Part shown: piece after piece, positions 34,763 to 35,680 of the stretch
Layout of the letters: each line of letters begins with the position of its first letter
Numbering within the stretch: position 1 is the first letter of the stretch
Source of the DNA: Erysipelotrichaceae bacterium
Lineage (GTDB): Bacteria > Bacillota_I > Bacilli_A > RFN20 > CAG-826
Assembly: GCA_012729405.1 (NCBI GenBank)
Contig: JAAYDH010000055.1
Span: 1 to 35,680 of the forward strand
Direction of reading: 5' to 3'
DNA length: 35,680 nucleotides
Notes under the pieces: generated by a model
What the model was told of the DNA's origin: nothing
The model's input: the letters and a program-made list of their open reading frames with translations, nothing else
Databases searched by the model: none
Position numbers and translations under genes: made by a program

Positions 34763-35680
34763 ATGAAAACGAAACTTCTTGCCCTTATTATCTTTGGCTT
34801 TGTTAGCCTTACTGCCTGCGACCTTCCTATTCAACCTAACGGCATCAAAGTGATGAGTGTCGATATTTCAGAGACTGAAATCAGCCTTGCTGTTTCTCAT
34901 ACACGAACCTTAACAGCGACTGTTTCTCCAACAAAAGCCACCATTAAAACAGTTAACTGGACAATTGAAGACTCTAATATCGCCACGATTAATTCGAGTG
35001 GTTTAGTGACCGGAATCGCAGAAGGCGAAACTACTGTAACGGTCACAACTGTGGATGGCGGGCATACCGACACCTGCGAGGTTGTTGTTACTACCATTTC
35101 TAACGAAGAGTTATGGGACGAATCCCAAGACTATTTACGCACTGGTACTAAAACAATTGATTTTTACAGTTTGAATGACTTCCATGGTTCAACGGAAAAT
35201 ATCAGCGCTAACTATGAACCAGGAATTAATAAACTTTCCACTTTCTTTAAAAATGAAAAAGCCAAAAACCCAGGTGGTTTTGTTCTAACAGCTTCGGGCG
35301 ATATGTGGCAAGGTAGCGCAGACTCAAACCTCACCAACGGCAGATTGGTCAACGACTGAATGGGCCTTATTGGATTCTCCGCGATGGCTATTGGCAATCA
35401 CGAATTCGACTGGACTGTCGATACGATCAAAGAAAATATGGAAAACATGGATTTCCCATTGTTGGCTTGTAATATCATCGATACAAAAACCAATCAGCCA
35501 GTAGATTGGGCTCAACCTTATACAACAATCACCAAAAATGGTGTTCGCATTGGTATTGTCGGGGCAATTGGTCAAGGACTAACAACCTCGATTCTTGCTC
35601 CAAACGTTGCGGGACTTTCCTTCGCTAACCCCAATCAATATGTTATCGATTGGGCTGATTATTTACGGAGCGAAGGAGCG
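34763..35680 (+). CDS. Lipoprotein with a Big_2 Ig-like domain fused to a 5'-nucleotidase/metallophosphoesterase domain. Interrupted by one in-frame TGA (35357-35359) and 3'-truncated by the window edge. Pseudogene versus readthrough/recoding is unresolved.
   Basis: Signal peptide plus lipobox MKTKLLALIIFGFVSLTAC. Big_2 pattern (TLTATVSP...VNWTIEDSNIATINSSGLVTGIAEGETTVTV). Metallophosphatase motifs NDFHG and SGDMWQG lie before the TGA. In the same frame after it come MAIGNHEFDW, PLLACNI and VRIGIVGAIG. Confidence 0.8.

Noticed and set aside
35357-35420. Selenocysteine insertion at the in-frame TGA of the nucleotidase lipoprotein.
   Set aside because: I could not find a convincing SECIS-like stem-loop in the ~60 nt downstream of the TGA. 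The position is not a catalytic Cys/Sec site in metallophosphatases. An exported lipoprotein is an unlikely selenoprotein.

Overview
The window is almost entirely core housekeeping genome from a moderately AT-rich, reduced-genome Bacillota/Mycoplasmatota-type organism. That placement is an inference from three things: gene order, an unusually short 5S rRNA, and the absence of fatty-acid synthesis genes at their canonical positions.

Gene content, in order:
- The window opens in the 3' end of a 23S rRNA, followed by a 5S rRNA.
- Next come an orphan FucI/AraA-like sugar isomerase and a small membrane protein.
- A long block then follows the classic Bacillus/Clostridium order: asp23-like, fakA(yloV), recG, plsX, rnc, ftsY, ylxM, ffh, [trmD, rimM, khpA, rpsP on the minus strand], rplS, lepB, rbgA, rnhB, dprA, topA, xerC, rpsB, tsf, pyrH, frr, uppS, cdsA, dxr, rseP, polC, tRNA-Pro(CGG).
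- The last 3.5 kb is the only accessory-looking part. It is a tight three-gene unit: a DUF1624/acyltransferase-like membrane protein, an adenylate-forming acyl ligase, and a Big_2 + 5'-nucleotidase lipoprotein that runs off the window.

I see no CRISPR array, transposase, phage block, toxin-antitoxin pair or recognisable defence island. I cannot honestly point to a clear novel multi-gene system.

Observations most worth a second look:
1. A single in-frame TGA splits the nucleotidase lipoprotein between its catalytic motifs, while TGA is a genuine stop elsewhere in the window.
2. The rpsP-khpA-rimM-trmD cassette is exactly inverted between ffh and rplS, and consensus divergent promoters have formed at one breakpoint.
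3. fapR/fab/acpP, smc, trmFO, hslVU/codY and proS are missing from their canonical slots. fakA and plsX are retained, which suggests dependence on exogenous fatty acids.
4. Ribosomal protein S2 is about 100 aa longer than usual, with charged N- and C-terminal extensions.
5. The membrane acyltransferase-like protein and the adenylating enzyme form a tight pair.

All product calls rest on motif recognition by eye. No database search was run.
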